DNA of 64,000 nt from Macrostomum hystrix (taxonomy: Eukaryota > Animalia > Platyhelminthes), in NCBI GenBank assembly GCA_950097015.1, contig CATNEN010000037.1:4340001-4404000 (forward strand). Reading direction: 5' to 3'. The position numbers and the translations under genes were made by a program. The notes under the pieces were generated by a model, which ran no database searches, was not told where the DNA came from, and saw nothing but the letters and a program-made list of their open reading frames with translations. Below, one piece after another: positions 10,131 to 23,500 of the stretch. Position 1 is the first letter of the stretch. Each line of letters opens with the position of its first letter.

Positions 10131-13100
10131 GAATATCCATCAGATTAACTGCAATCCACTGAATATCCATCAGATTTGTTGCAATCCACTGAATATCCAT
10201 CAGATTTGTTGCAATCCACTGAATATCCATCAGATTTGTTGCAATCCACTGAATATCCATCAGATTAGCTGCAATTCACTGAATATCCATCAGATTAGCT
10301 GCAATCCACTGAATGTCCATCAGATTAGCTGCAATCCACTGAATATCCATCAGATTTGCTGCAATTCACTGAATATCCATCAGATTTGCTGCAATCCACT
10401 GAATATCCATCAGATTTGCTGCAATCCACTAAATATCCATCAGATTAGCTGCAATCCACTGAATGTCCATCAGATTAGCTGCAATCCACTGAATGTCCAT
10501 CAGATTAGCTGCAATCCACTGAATATCCATCAGATTTGCTGCAATCCACAGAATGTTCATCAGATTAGCTGCAATTCACTGAATATCCATCAGATTAGCT
10601 TCAATTCACTGAATATCCATCAGATTTGCTGCAATCCACAGAATGTCCATCAGATTAGCTGCAATTCACTGAATATCCATCAGATTAGCTGCAATCCACT
10701 GAATGTCCATCAGATTAGCTGCAATTCACTGAATATCCATCAGATTAGCTGCAATCCACAGAATGTCCATCAGATTAGCTTTAATTCACTGAATATCCAT
10801 CAGATTAGCTGCAATCCACAGAATGTCCATCAGATTAGCTGCAATTCACTGAATATCCATCAGATTAGCTGCAATCCACAGAATGTCCATCAGATTAGCT
10901 GCAATTCACTGAATATCCATCAGATTAGCTGCAATCCACTGAATGTCCATCAGATTAGCTGCAATTCACTGAATATCCATCAGATTAGCTGCAATTCACT
11001 GAATATCCATCAGATTTGCTGCAATCCACTGAATATCCATCAGATTAGCTGCAATCCACAGAATATCCATCAGATTTGCTGCAATCCACAGAATGTCCAT
11101 CAGATTTGCTGCAATCCACTGAATATCCATCAGATTAGCTGCAATCCACAGAATATCCATCAGATTTGCTGCAATCCACAGAATGTCCATCAGATTAGCT
11201 GCAATCCACTGAATATCCATCAGATTAGCTGCAATCCACAGAATGTCCATCAGATTTGCTGCAATCCACTGAATATCCATCAGATTAGCTGCAATCCACA
11301 GAATATCCATCAGATTTGCTGCAATCCACAGAATGTCCATCAGATTAGCTGCAATCCACTGAATATCCATCAGATTAGCTGCAATCCACAGAATGTCCAT
11401 CAGATTTGCTGCAATCCACAGAATATCCATCAGATTAGCTGCAATCCACAGAATGTCCATCAGATTAGCTGCAATTCACTGAATATCCATCAGATTTGCT
11501 GCAATCCACAGAATATCCATCAGATTAGCTGCAATCCACAGAATGTCCATCAGATTAGCTGCAATTCACTGAATATCCATCAGATTTGCTGCAATCCACA
11601 GAATGTCCATCAGATTAGCTGCAATCCACAGAATGTCCATCAGATTAGCTGCAATCCACTGAATATCCATCAGATTTGCTGCAATCCACTGAATATCCAT
11701 CAGATTAGTTGCAATCCACAGAATATCCATCAGATTTGCTGCAATCCACAGAATGTCCATCAGATTAGCTGCAATTCACTGAATATCCATCAGATTAGCT
11801 GCAATCCACAGAATGTCCATCAGATTAGCTGCAATCCACTGAATATCCATCAGATTAGCTGCAATCCACAGAATGTCCATCAGATTAGCTGCAATCCACT
11901 GAATATCCATCAGATTTGCTGCAATCCACAGAATGTCCATCAGATTAGCTTTAATTCACTGAATATCCATCAGATTAGTTGCAATCCACTGAATGTCCAT
12001 CAGATTAGCTGCAATCCACTGAATGTCCATCAGATTAGCTGCAATCCACTGAATATCCATCAGATTAGCTGCAATCCACTGAATATCCATCAGATTAGTT
12101 GCAATCCACTGAATGTCCATCAGATTAGCTGCAATCCACTGAATATCCATCAGATTTGCTGCAATCCACAGAATGTTCATCAGATTAGCTGCAATTCACT
12201 GAATATCCATCAGATTAGCTTCAATTCACTGAATATCCATCAGATTTGCTGCAATCCACAGAATGTCCATCAGATTAGCTGCAATTCACTGAATATCCAT
12301 CAGATTAGCTGCAATCCACTGAATGTCCATCAGATTAGCTGCAATTCACTGAATATCCATCAGATTAGCTGCAATCCACAGAATGTCCATCAGATTAGCT
12401 TTAATTCACTGAATATCCATCAGATTAGCTGCAATCCACAGAATGTCCATCAGATTAGCTTCAATTCACTGAATGTCCATCAGATTAGCTGCAATTCACT
12501 GAATATCCATCAGATTAGCTGCAATCCACTGAATGTCCATCAGATTAGCTGCAATTCACTGAATATCCATCAGATTAGCTGCAATCCACAGAATGTCCAT
12601 CAGATTAGCTGCAATCCACTGAATATCCATCAGATTTGCTGCAATCCACTGAATATCCATCAGATTTGCTGCAATCCACTAAATATCCATCAGATTAGCT
12701 GCAATCCACTGAATATCCATCAGATTTGCTGCAATCCACTGAATATCCATCAGATTAGTTGCAATCCACAGAATGTCCATCAGATTAGTTGCAATCCACT
12801 GAATATCTATCAGATTAGTTGCAATCCACTGAATGTCCATCAGATTAGCTGCAATCCACTGAATGTCCATCAGATTAGCTGCAATCCACTGAATATCCAT
12901 CAGATTAGCTGCAATCCACTGAATATCCATCAGATTAGTTGCAATCCACTGAATGTCCATCAGATTAGCTGCAATCCACTGAATATCCATCAGATTTGCT
13001 GCAATCCACAGAATGTTCATCAGATTAGCTGCAATTCACTGAATATCCATCAGATTAGCTTCAATTCACTGAATATCCATCAGATTTGCTGCAATCCACA

Positions 13101-15546
13101 GAATGTCCATCAGATTAGCTGCAATTCACTGAATATCCATCAGATTAGCTGCAATCCACTGAATGTCCATCAGATTAGCTGCAATTCACTGAATATCCAT
13201 CAGATTAGCTGCAATCCACAGAATGTCCATCAGATTAGCTTTAATTCACTGAATATCCATCAGATTAGCTGCAATCCACAGAATGTCCATCAGATTAGCT
13301 TCAATTCACTGAATGTCCATCAGATTAGCTGCAATTCACTGAATATCCATCAGATTAGCTGCAATCCACAGAATGTCCATCAGATTAGCTGCAATTCACT
13401 GAATATCCATCAGATTAGCTGCAATCCACAGAATGTCCATCAGATTAGCTGCAATCCACTGAATATCCATCAGATTAGCTGCAATCCACTGAATAGTCCA
13501 TCAGATTAGCTGCAATCACTGAATATCCATCAGATTAGCTGCAATTCCACTGAATATCCATCAGATTTGCTGCAATCCACTGAATATCCATCAGATTAGC
13601 TGCAATCCACAGAATATCCATCAGATTTAGCTGCAATCCACAGAATGTCCATCAGATTTGCTGCAATCCACTGAATATCCATCAGATTAGCTGCAATCCA
13701 CAGAATATCCATCAGATTTGCTGCAATCCACAGAATGTCCATCAGATTAGCTGCAATCCACTGAATATCCATCAGATTAGCTGCAATCCACAGAATGTCC
13801 ATCAGATTAGCTGCAATCCACTGAATATCCATCAGATTAGCTGCAATCCACAGAATAGTCCATCAGATTAGCTGCAATCCACTGAATAGTCCATCAGATT
13901 AGCTGCAATCCACTGAATATCCATCAGATTAGCTGCAATCCACAGAATGTCCATCAGATTAGCTGCAATTCCACTGAATATCCATCAGATTAGCTGCAAT
14001 CCACAGAATGTCCATCAGATTAGCTGCAATTCACTGAATATCCATCAGATTTAGCTGCAATCCACATGAATATCCATCAGATTAGCTGCAATCCACAGAA
14101 TGTCCATCAGATTAGCTGCAATTCACTGAATATCCATCAGATTAGCTGCAATCCACTGAATAGTCCATCAGATTAGCTGCAATCCACAGAATGTCCATCA
14201 GATTAGCTGCAATCCACTGAATATCCATCAGATTTGCTGCAATCCACTGAATATCCATCAGATTAGTTGCAATCCACAGAATATCCATCAGATTTAGCTG
14301 CAATCCACAGAATGTCCATCAGATTAGCTGCAATTCACTGAATATCCATCAGATTAGCTGCAATCCACAGAATGTCCATCAGATTAGCTGCAATCCACTG
14401 AATATCCATCAGATTAGCTGCAATCCACAGAATGTCCATCAGATTAGCTGCAATCCACTGAATATCCATCAGATTTGCTGCAATCCACAGAATGTCCATC
14501 AGATTAGCTTTAATTCACTGAATATCCATCAGATTAGTTGCAATCCACTGAATGTCCATCAGATTAGCTGCAATCCACTGAATGTCCATCAGATTAGCTG
14601 CAATCCACTGAATATCCATCAGATTAGCTGCAATCCACTGAATATCCATCAGATTAGTTGCAATCCACTGAATGTCCATCAGATTAGCTGCAATCCACTG
14701 AATATCCATCAGATTTGCTGCAATCCACAGAATGTTCATCAGATTAGCTGCAATTCACTGAATATCCATCAGATTAGCTTCAATTCACTGAATATCCATC
14801 AGATTTGCTGCAATCCACAGAATGTCCATCAGATTAGCTGCAATTCACTGAATATCCATCAGATTAGCTGCAATCCACTGAATGTCCATCAGATTAGCTG
14901 CAATTCACTGAATATCCATCAGATTAGCTGCAATCCACAGAATGTCCATCAGATTAGCTTTAATTCACTGAATATCCATCAGATTAGCTGCAATCCACAG
15001 AATGTCCATCAGATTAGCTTCAATTCACTGAATGTCCATCAGATTAGCTGCAATTCACTGAATATCCATCAGATTAGCTGCAATCCACAGAATGTCCATC
15101 AGATTAGCTGCAATTCACTGAATATCCATCAGATTAGCTGCAATCCACAGAATGTCCATCAGATTAGCTGCAATTCACTGAATATCCATCAGATTAGCTG
15201 CAATCCACAGAATGTCCATCAGATTAGCTGCAATTCACTGAATATCCATCAGATTAGCTGCAATCCACAGAATGTCCATCAGATTAGCTGCAATCCACTG
15301 AATATCCATCAGATTAGCTGCAATCCACAGAATGTCCATCAGATTAGCTGCAATCCACTGAATATCCATCAGATTTGCTGCAATCCACAGAATATCCATC
15401 AGATTAGCTGCAATCCACTGAATATCCATCAGATTAGCTGCAATCCACAGAATGTCCATCAGATTAGCTGCAATCCACTGAATATCCATCAGATTTGCTG
15501 CAATCCACAGAATGTCCATCAGATTAGCTGCAATTCACTGAATATC
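10131..15546. repeat. 30-bp satellite (gaatatccatcagattagctgcaatccact), ~180 copies, with higher-order blocks
   Basis: Exact 30-nt periodicity over 5.4 kb; starts ~25 nt after the MBTPS2 stop. Confidence 0.98.
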
Positions 15547-16321
15547 ATTCGTTCTAGGTAGCGACTTTGCACTTGAAAATATTATACCACAGTCTGTTCA
15601 CAGTGTAGCACAAAACGTAAAAAAATTATTTAGTGTTTCTGTTGTGTCTGCTTTATAATTACAGGTTTTTGTATTTCCCTTGCCTTCCACGAAAAAGGAA
15701 TTCGTTGAATATTGCGGTGCCTGTCATTGTTAATATTATCATGCTATAAAACATTCTGTAGTTTTTTATTTTGCTTTTCGCACAAAACTTTGTTTATAGC
15801 ATTTTCTACTTGCAGTAGTAGTATGTCAAGCATTATCGATAGTCATATTGCTTGATTCAATAGTGTCTGTATTACACTTGCATGGTATCACATTTCCACA
15901 TTTTTTAATTTGATTAATGGAGTCGTAATACATACTGACTGTTCAGTGACATTTACCAGTCGAAAAATCAGACATTCCACTATTAACTATCAACGAAGTA
16001 TCAATACAAATACATTGTAGTTGTCTACTTAGCATTTCTCTGCCTTTAGAAAGTTTTTTACCTTAGGATTATGTTTTTGCGTCAAAATTAATGCTTGTTG
16101 TGACACTGAATAAGTTGAATTCCGTATGTATTTTGGTGGTTGCATTTCTATGGCACTTTTTCTTAATGTACACAATTTTGTTGCAATTGATTAAATAAAC
16201 AAGAACTGTTTCTGGGAAATATGTTCTCCGATTGGCTGCACTTTTACTCGAGCATTGTTGCCTGTTAAAATTGTTGTAATCGACTAGATTTCGGTTATTC
16301 ATTGTTTGAAAGCTATGTGTC

Positions 16322-16725
16322 ATCCGCTGCCTGTTCTTCGGTGTATCAGGGCCTATCCCCTGCCTGTTCTTCGGTGTATCAGGCCCTATCCCCTGCCTGT
16401 TCTTCGGTGTGTCAGGCCCTATCCCCTGCCTATCCTTCGGTGTGTCAGGCCCTATCCCCTGCCTGTTCTTCGGTGTGTCAGGCCCTATCCCCTGCCTATC
16501 CTTCGGTGTGTCAGGCCCTATCCCCTGCCTGTCCTTCGGTGTGTCAGGCCCTATCCCCTGCCTATCCTTTGGTGTGTCAGGCCCTATCCCCTGCCTATCC
16601 TTCGGTGTGTCAGGCCCTATCCCCTGCCTATCATTCGGTGTGTCAGGCCCTATCCCCTGCCTATCCTTTGGTGTGTCAGGCCCTATCCCCTGCCTATCCT
16701 TCGGTGTGTCAGACCCTATCCCCTC
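16322..16725. repeat. 33-bp minisatellite (ccttcggtgtgtcaggccctatcccctgcctat), ~12 copies
   Basis: Tandem periodicity. Confidence 0.95.
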
Positions 16726-17378
16726 CCCGTTCTTCCCCTTCCTGTCATTCAGTCCCTTAGTTACGCTTGGCTTTGCTAGGCTCTGCTAGCCTCTAAAATC
16801 AGCTTTGATATTTCATTTGAAGATCAAACGGTGGTACTCGTGAACTCGACGGTTTGAGTCTCCCTTCCAATATGTTATGGGGCAGAAGGGTGAGTTTACT
16901 GTCCGCAGTGGTGACAAAGTTCGCTGATAAGGCTGTGCTGCTAAGCGGTTAGCTCAGATTTGCACCTGGCAGACCTCGCTTGCTTGGTTGCAGACCTCAG
17001 CGGCTTCAGAGGCAGTGGGGTAGGGACTGTGACCGCCGCACTTGCTTCGAGTTTCGCTTCGATTCGAGCGTCACGAACCGGCGAACTTGTTCGTGAATCT
17101 GCAATTCTAGTCTCTGGACAGAATGCACGCAACGAACTTGCTAGCAACGGCCTTATCAAACATTATGCTAGTTATATTTTGTTCACAGGGACAGATGGGG
17201 TCGAGTCTGTGTACACAAGTGGCTCAACTATTATTGCTGAGCCTCATGCATATTTGTTATCAAGCAACACTCCATAAATTCCATACTATATGTGCCAGAA
17301 ACATTTTCACTATAAATACTTAATACGAGCCGTAAAAGTAAAAAAGCAATGTACCTCGTATAACAAGAAATAAATCCA

Positions 17379-17392
17379 GTTTCCATGACAAC
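17379..17392 (+). promoter_or_regulatory. RFX X-box (GTTTCCATGACAAC) immediately upstream of the CYP start codon
   Basis: Exact fit to the GTHNYY-AT-RRNAAC consensus; ends 9 nt before the ATG at 17402. Confidence 0.5.
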
Positions 17393-17401
17393 CAATTAGC
17401 A

Positions 17402-19752
17402 ATGCTGTCAGCCGCAGCCCTAATTGTATTGGCGGCAGCCGTCTGCCTCGTGGGCTACCTGCTGATCGGTGCCAGCCGGCGCCCTAAAGGCCCGCAGCCT
17501 CCGGGTCCCGGTGGCTACCCGCTGATTGGCTCCCTGTTTCACCTGCGCGAGCCGTGGTTTTACTACCTGTACGAGAAGTTCCAAGACAGTGGCGTGCAGC
17601 TGATGCACTTCGGCACTCAGCGGGTGTACGTGCTCAGCCGGTGGGCCGAGTTCAAGGCCGCCATGCTGGACAATGCGGAGGCTCTGGCGGGCCGCCCGTC
17701 GCAGCACATCACCAGCGTACTGTTCGGCGACTACGGCGGCATCGTGGCCAGCGACGGCAAAATCTGGCGCGATTATCGGCGCTTCACGCTGCAGACTCTG
17801 AGGGACCTCGGCCTGGGCAGGCGTGGCGTGGAGGAGGCGGTGCAGGTTGGCGCGCTGTTGGGACCACTTCTGAAAAAAATAATTTCCTGATTACGTGGTT
17901 GATAGGGAAGGGAGTTTGTAGTAGACCAGCTGAAGTAGAACAGCTTTACAGCTAGCTGTACACCGCCGTGAAATTTCACTGCGTCGGTGCCCCTGACTAA
18001 CTGGACATCTGACAAACTGGTTGAGGTGTCATTTATGAATGCGGGCAGGCCATTGACTAACAGTGTCACAGGATAAATCCAGTATGAAAATACTGAAAAC
18101 CTCCAGCTACGCCTAGCAAAGTAGCCACTCTCACCTGCCTTCGCACCACTGCTTCATCAGGAAGAGGCCAGTCAGCTGGTGTCTGAGCTGTCTGCTGGAA
18201 AGCCGGTGGACACGGCGCTGCAGCTCAGCACAGCCTCTGCAAACGTCGTCTGCCAGCTTGTCTTCGGCAGCCGTCTGGCCTCCGAGGAGCCGCAGTTCGC
18301 CGAGCTGCTGGAGCATTTCAGCCGGTTGACGCAGAACGAGGAGTCGAATCTGCACAATTTCATCTTCATGGCGCTGGACCCGCTGATTGGCTGGTGCAGT
18401 CCGCTGGTCCGCCTGCTCAGCGCCACGCCGGCCTCGCGCCAGGTGGTCGGCAGCTTCAGCCAGCTGATGCGCTTCTGCGATCGTCAGCTGGCCGCCCACG
18501 CCGGCCACCTGGCGGCTGAGCCGCGCGATTTCATCGAGGCGCACCTGATCCGGCAGGCGGCCCCTGACGCCGGGGTGTTCAACAACACCCGACTGTCGCT
18601 AGCCGTGGCCGATCTGTTTATCGCTGGCACGGACACGACTTCAAATACGCTGCGCTGGGCCCTGCTGCTGATGCTGCGCGAACCGGCCGTGGCGCGGCGG
18701 GTACGCGAAGAGATTCGCCGGGAGATCGGCGAGCACCGCCTGCCCGGCCTGCAGGACAAGCGAGCCCTGCACTATACTCAGGCGACTCTGGAGGAGGTGC
18801 ACAGGTGAGACTGAGCCGCTGGCATCTATCTCCAAGTTAATAATAATAATAATAATTGCAGGATGGCTGCGGGCAATGGCACATCATTTGGGGACACTCG
18901 ACCCACAGCCAGCGAGGAGGCAGCTCTGCCCATTTCGCTGACTCATGAGCACACACGCACGCAAATACTGTACGCAGGCACACGCTCACACAGGTGTGTA
19001 AATCTGCCTTGACTTTCTCATCGTCAGGCAGTGTACACTTCACTGTGCCTTGGAGGTTGGCCCTCAAGGGCGTAAATTGCACGACAAGCCCCCCAGCCTT
19101 CTCTCCGCGGCTGCCCCCAAACGAATTTGGCCTCGCCGAGGAATCGAGCTCAGGGACCTTGGTGCGAGAGACAAATGCGTTAAACGCTCTGCCACTCACC
19201 CTCCCTATCTTCAAGTTAAATCCCCTAGATCTTTTTCCCCTAGTTCTGGGGTGGGAGCTTCAGGATCCATTTCAACTCTACTCAAAAGTCTCAAGTCGAA
19301 ATTGTCATCTGCTCCGCAGGGTGGCCAGCCTGGTGCCACTCGGCCTGGCCCACCGCCTCCTGGAAGACATCAAGATCGGCGACTACCACCTACCGCGCAA
19401 CTCCCTGGTCATGTTCAACGTGTTCGCCATCCACCGCGATCCCGAGCTCTTTCCCGAGCCCGAATTATTCCAGCCCGAGCGGCACCTGGGACCCGATGGC
19501 CGCTTTGTGCCCTGCGCCAACTTGGCCTCGTTCGGCCTTGGCCGACGCTCCTGCCTGGGCGAGGGTCTGGCCCGCACCGAACTGTTCGTGTTCTTCTCCG
19601 CCATCATGCAGCGGTTCAGCTTCCGCCTGGAGACGGGCGAAAAGCGCAGCCTGGAGGACCTGATGGACCGGCAGATCAATTTCAAAGGCGCTCTCCTGCG
19701 CTCACTACCCCCGCACAGGCTTATCTTTGAGCCGCTCGGATCTGGTGCTTGA
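17402..19752 (+). CDS. Cytochrome P450, CYP2 clan; exons 17402-17845, 18161-18804, 19320-19752
   Basis: N-terminal anchor plus PPGPGGYPLIG, WRDYRRF, AGTDTTSNT (I helix), EEVHR (ExxR) spanning the junction, FQPERH, FGLGRRSCLGEGLA heme motif; GT-AG introns keep frame. Confidence 0.92.
18839..19204 (-). mobile_element. Full-length tRNA-derived SINE family A (~365 bp) with (TTA)n tail and TSD, in CYP intron 2
   Basis: Minus strand opens with a tRNA-like head (GAGTGGCAGAGCGTTTAACGC ... GAGCTCGATTCCTC); ends in (TTA)n; flanked by ctatctccaagttaa / ctatcttcaagttaa. Confidence 0.85.
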
Positions 19753-19977
19753 CATTTCAGACATCAGCAAAATAATTTCAATTACACTACTTATCTCCCT
19801 TGTTAGTAGCACATAAAGTAAAAAGTGGATTTCTACTTGTTGAAATTTGCTGAAACCAAATAAAGCGCTCATTGCTACTCAAAGAATGGAAATTTTAGTG
19901 CTTAGTTCTCCATAAAAATATTTTTAAGGTAGGCATTGGAAAATCATTAATTAGCACTTCGCTTACTCGGAACATTT

Positions 19978-20130
19978 ACGCACACGGATACACACTCACA
20001 CAGGGGTGTGCATCTGCCCTGACTTTGTCATCGACAGGAAGTGTATACTTTTACAATACTTTAGGGTTGTGGTTCGGCGTAAATTGCAGTACGACCTACA
20101 AGCCAAGTCTTCTCTCTGCGGCTGCGCCCC
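19978..20130 (-). mobile_element. Degenerate SINE family A fragment
   Basis: cactcacacagggg-tgtgcatctgccctgactttgtcatcgacagg...gcgtaaattgca...tctctctgcggctgc matches 18990-19115. Confidence 0.7.
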
Positions 20131-20579
20131 TAACCTAAGCCTAGTGTAATGGATTCTGATATCTAGAATTTAGTCACTAATAAGTAGCAGTTTTTACTTA
20201 ATATAGCATCCATTTTAATCTCGACCGTCTTTCCTTCGAAATAATTTCTTCATTCTCTCTCCAAAGTCCTTTTGCCTCCTTTCTCTCCGCGAGATCAGCA
20301 AACAGTCAACTCACCGGCCAGAACCGGCTAGGTGCACGGGTTTGTTTTAGAATATTTTGACCTCGCGGTGCCCTCAGTGTGGGGTCTGGGGTGGGGGCGA
20401 TAAGGATTTGCACAGGGGGCCGGCTCTCTTCCGCACTGTACCTTTTTGGTTTGCTGTGGTTGCCATGACCGACTCAGCTATCTGATAAGGACTGTTACCT
20501 CCAATTGCTTCATAACCTGCTCACGTACTGTGCGCTGATTTCGTTAAGACAAAAAATCTAGCTTTTATGCTAGCTGACA

Positions 20580-23500
20580 ATGGACATGGACCAGGCAGAT
20601 CCCTTCATTGACCTGTCCAGAGTACTGTCTGGTAAGTTAATTTGAGTAGACTTATTCCCATGAATCCCATGAGCCATGTTTGCTTTTATCAGCAGCTAAA
20701 TATATATGGCATAGAAGAATCTGTAGGGCAGCATGCAGTCAACAAGTTTGAAGTTTCTATAGTTAGTACAATTGTAGTAAGTTAGAGCATTCTCAATATA
20801 AAACTGTGCATGACAGCTGCCTTCTGCTCGCGTGAGTCTCAAAATGCATCTCACTGTGCTTAAATCAATAGGCTTGGCTATAAGGCTAAAATGTGGATAA
20901 AAGTCCACTGAATGACCCGAATGGATATGATAGACGCCTACGAATGATAGGTATAGCGGCCTCTAGAAACTTATCATTCGTGTTAAACTCCTGTGGTGTT
21001 GTACTTAACACTACGTACGGGCCAATTTATCGTGCTTAAGGCCAGCGCTACCTTTGACTACGTTTTGCAGTCAATAAAAAATCACGAATTGACTCACACA
21101 CCGGCCCGCAGTGCCAGCGGTGGAGCTGGTGCTGTTCGAGGTGCTGCCGCTGGGTGACAGCGAGGCGCAGGAGCTCTACCACAGCATCTGCCAGTTCGAT
21201 GTCGACATGGTCAAGGCGCTGCTGAACGACCGGCCAGAGTTGGTACACGAGCGCCGCTCGCGGGTCAAATTCCAGCAGAAGGTTAACATCGAAGAGGAGT
21301 CTAACTCGCACACTATTGAACTCGACGACGCCACACCATTGCATGTGGCCGCCGCGGTCACCAACGCCGAGATCATCAGGGAGCTTCTGCGGGCTGGCGC
21401 CAACCCCGTAGAGCCGTTCAGCACCTTCCGGGCCTGGATCAACAAGGCCAGCGAAGCCGCGAACACTGACGTTGCCATGGCCGGCGGCATCGCGCTGCAC
21501 CTAGCTGTACTGCTGGACAGCTACACCTGCGTGCGCGAGCTGGCCTCGCCCGACGTGTACTACGCCAGTGTGCGCCGGGCGCTGCTGAAGCCGCCGCAAT
21601 TAGGCCAGTCGTTCAGCACCGCTGGCATGCTGGACTTTCTTGACAGGCCGCTGCGTGAGATGAACGTTGACAACCAGTTCCAGCTGTGCGGTGCGTCTCC
21701 GCTGCAGCTGGCCTCCTTGCTAAGCAGCAAGGGCATGATTCGCCAAGCCGTGCTTCGCTACCTGCAGTACTATACAATGAAGTACTTTTTGGTGCGACAG
21801 GAGGTGCCATTTGTCAAATTCAAGAACTATCTGCGCTTCGCCACTGATGAGACTGGCGTTCTGGACGAGATCGAACAAGGCTACGCCCTGCACCTCTGCC
21901 TGTCCATGCGCAGCGAGGAGTCCACCGGCACCCTCATTGAATTCGACGACCTGTACGAGATCTTCATCAGCTCCATCTACCACAGGCTGGAGGTGGCGCA
22001 AAAGTTTCTAGGCGAGTGCGAGGCCAAAGAAATCAAGCCCAACATTGAGAATGTTAACGTGTATCTCACACTGCCAGGCGAGAAGGACTTTGTTGATTCG
22101 GGTGCTGATCTGCAAGACGACAGCGAGTTTGTCAACCTGTGGCACCGGGTTGTGCTGCCGGAGGTTCGCGTCATCTGGAACGAGATGGTCGAGGGCACGG
22201 CTTTCGATCTACGCCGCCTGGTGAAAGTGATGCGCCTGGAGCCCAAGATGGACTTTGCGAATCACCGGTCGAAAATTCGCTACTGGAACGAGAACCTGAC
22301 GGTGCTGCGGTCGCCGGTTGTGGTGCACCAGGTGTCGCAGGTCTACTCATTTCAGCGCGACCTGGGATTTTATCTGACCCGGCTTAACAAGCCGGACCTG
22401 CGCTACATGCAGGGCGGCAACGAGCGCCGGCCGCTAGACTATCCGGTAATCACCGGCGACATTCGCACAGCCAAGGTGCTCCTGGCCCGCGGCGCCAAGT
22501 GCACTTACATTCAAAACTTGTGGAAGATGAAAGACAATGACATTGTGCGGGCTACCATGACCCAGCCGCACTGGGAGGAGTACTACATGGACCGGGCGAA
22601 TCCGTGCGCCCTGTTCGACAATGAGCCCGAGCTGGTCATGGCTGTCATGGACAGGTGAGAAGTTCTTTTTAGCCGGGTATGAGCTCAGCAGATGTCTAGA
22701 TATCTAGGTTTTATCCCATTAAGTTATCCCACTCAGATTTGTCCAGGTAAAGAAGACCACCCAGGATGAAGACGAGAGTGGCCAGTTTGAGAAGATTGTA
22801 CTCAACTATAAATTCTTCGACTCGGAGCTGAAAAAGCCCCGCAGGGAGGGCGTGCCGCACCCGATTCTCACCCTGGTCCGGCGGAACCTCACCGGTATGC
22901 TGATGCACCCGCTAGTCTACCGCTACATCCACCGCGTCTTCCCCGCCGTCTTCTTCCTCTACCTGCTGCTTTTCCTGACTTATTTCGCATTCAATATTCT
23001 GTTCACCGGGCACCTCATTAACGTGTCCATGATCAAGGAGCAGAAGGACGAAGGCGAATACAAGAAGTGCCTGGAGAGTGGCTCCAACATGTCTGTTCAC
23101 GACATGCTTTGGTGAGTGCGTTCTTACCTGTACCAGTTTACCCAGTAAAAAGGTCCATATTTGTAGGTGGTTATAATAGTTACTAATACAATTGATTACA
23201 ACTGCATGTCAACTGCCTGCCTGACTGCCTCGCAGTCCCAATGGGTTCGGATGTGCAGCCAACAGCACAGCCACAGCTATTGCGCGGCGCATCTGAAGGC
23301 TGCGTACAGCTGTTCAGTCCATGGACTGGGGGGACGCCACATCCACCTTCAATTGTTCCAGCTAATGCTGATACCCGTTTAACAGCTGGGTGAACTGAAG
23401 CAATGCAGAGTTGAGTGTCTTGCTAAATGACACAAATTGTTTCAGTGGAGTCGGGAATCGAACCCTCGACCTTGAAGTCGCGAGTCCGACGCTCTAACCA

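Noticed and set aside
15700-16320. Possible decayed retroelement coding remnant
   Set aside because: Multiple stops and no RT, protease or integrase motif that I can support.
16960-17277. 105-aa ORF upstream of the CYP gene
   Set aside because: No ATG start, no recognisable domain and no consistent splice sites; it may be a decayed fragment.
21112-22654. 1.5-kb uninterrupted ankyrin exon as a possible horizontal transfer or retrocopy
   Set aside because: It splices in phase into a typical metazoan TRPA transmembrane region, and long exons are common in this window.
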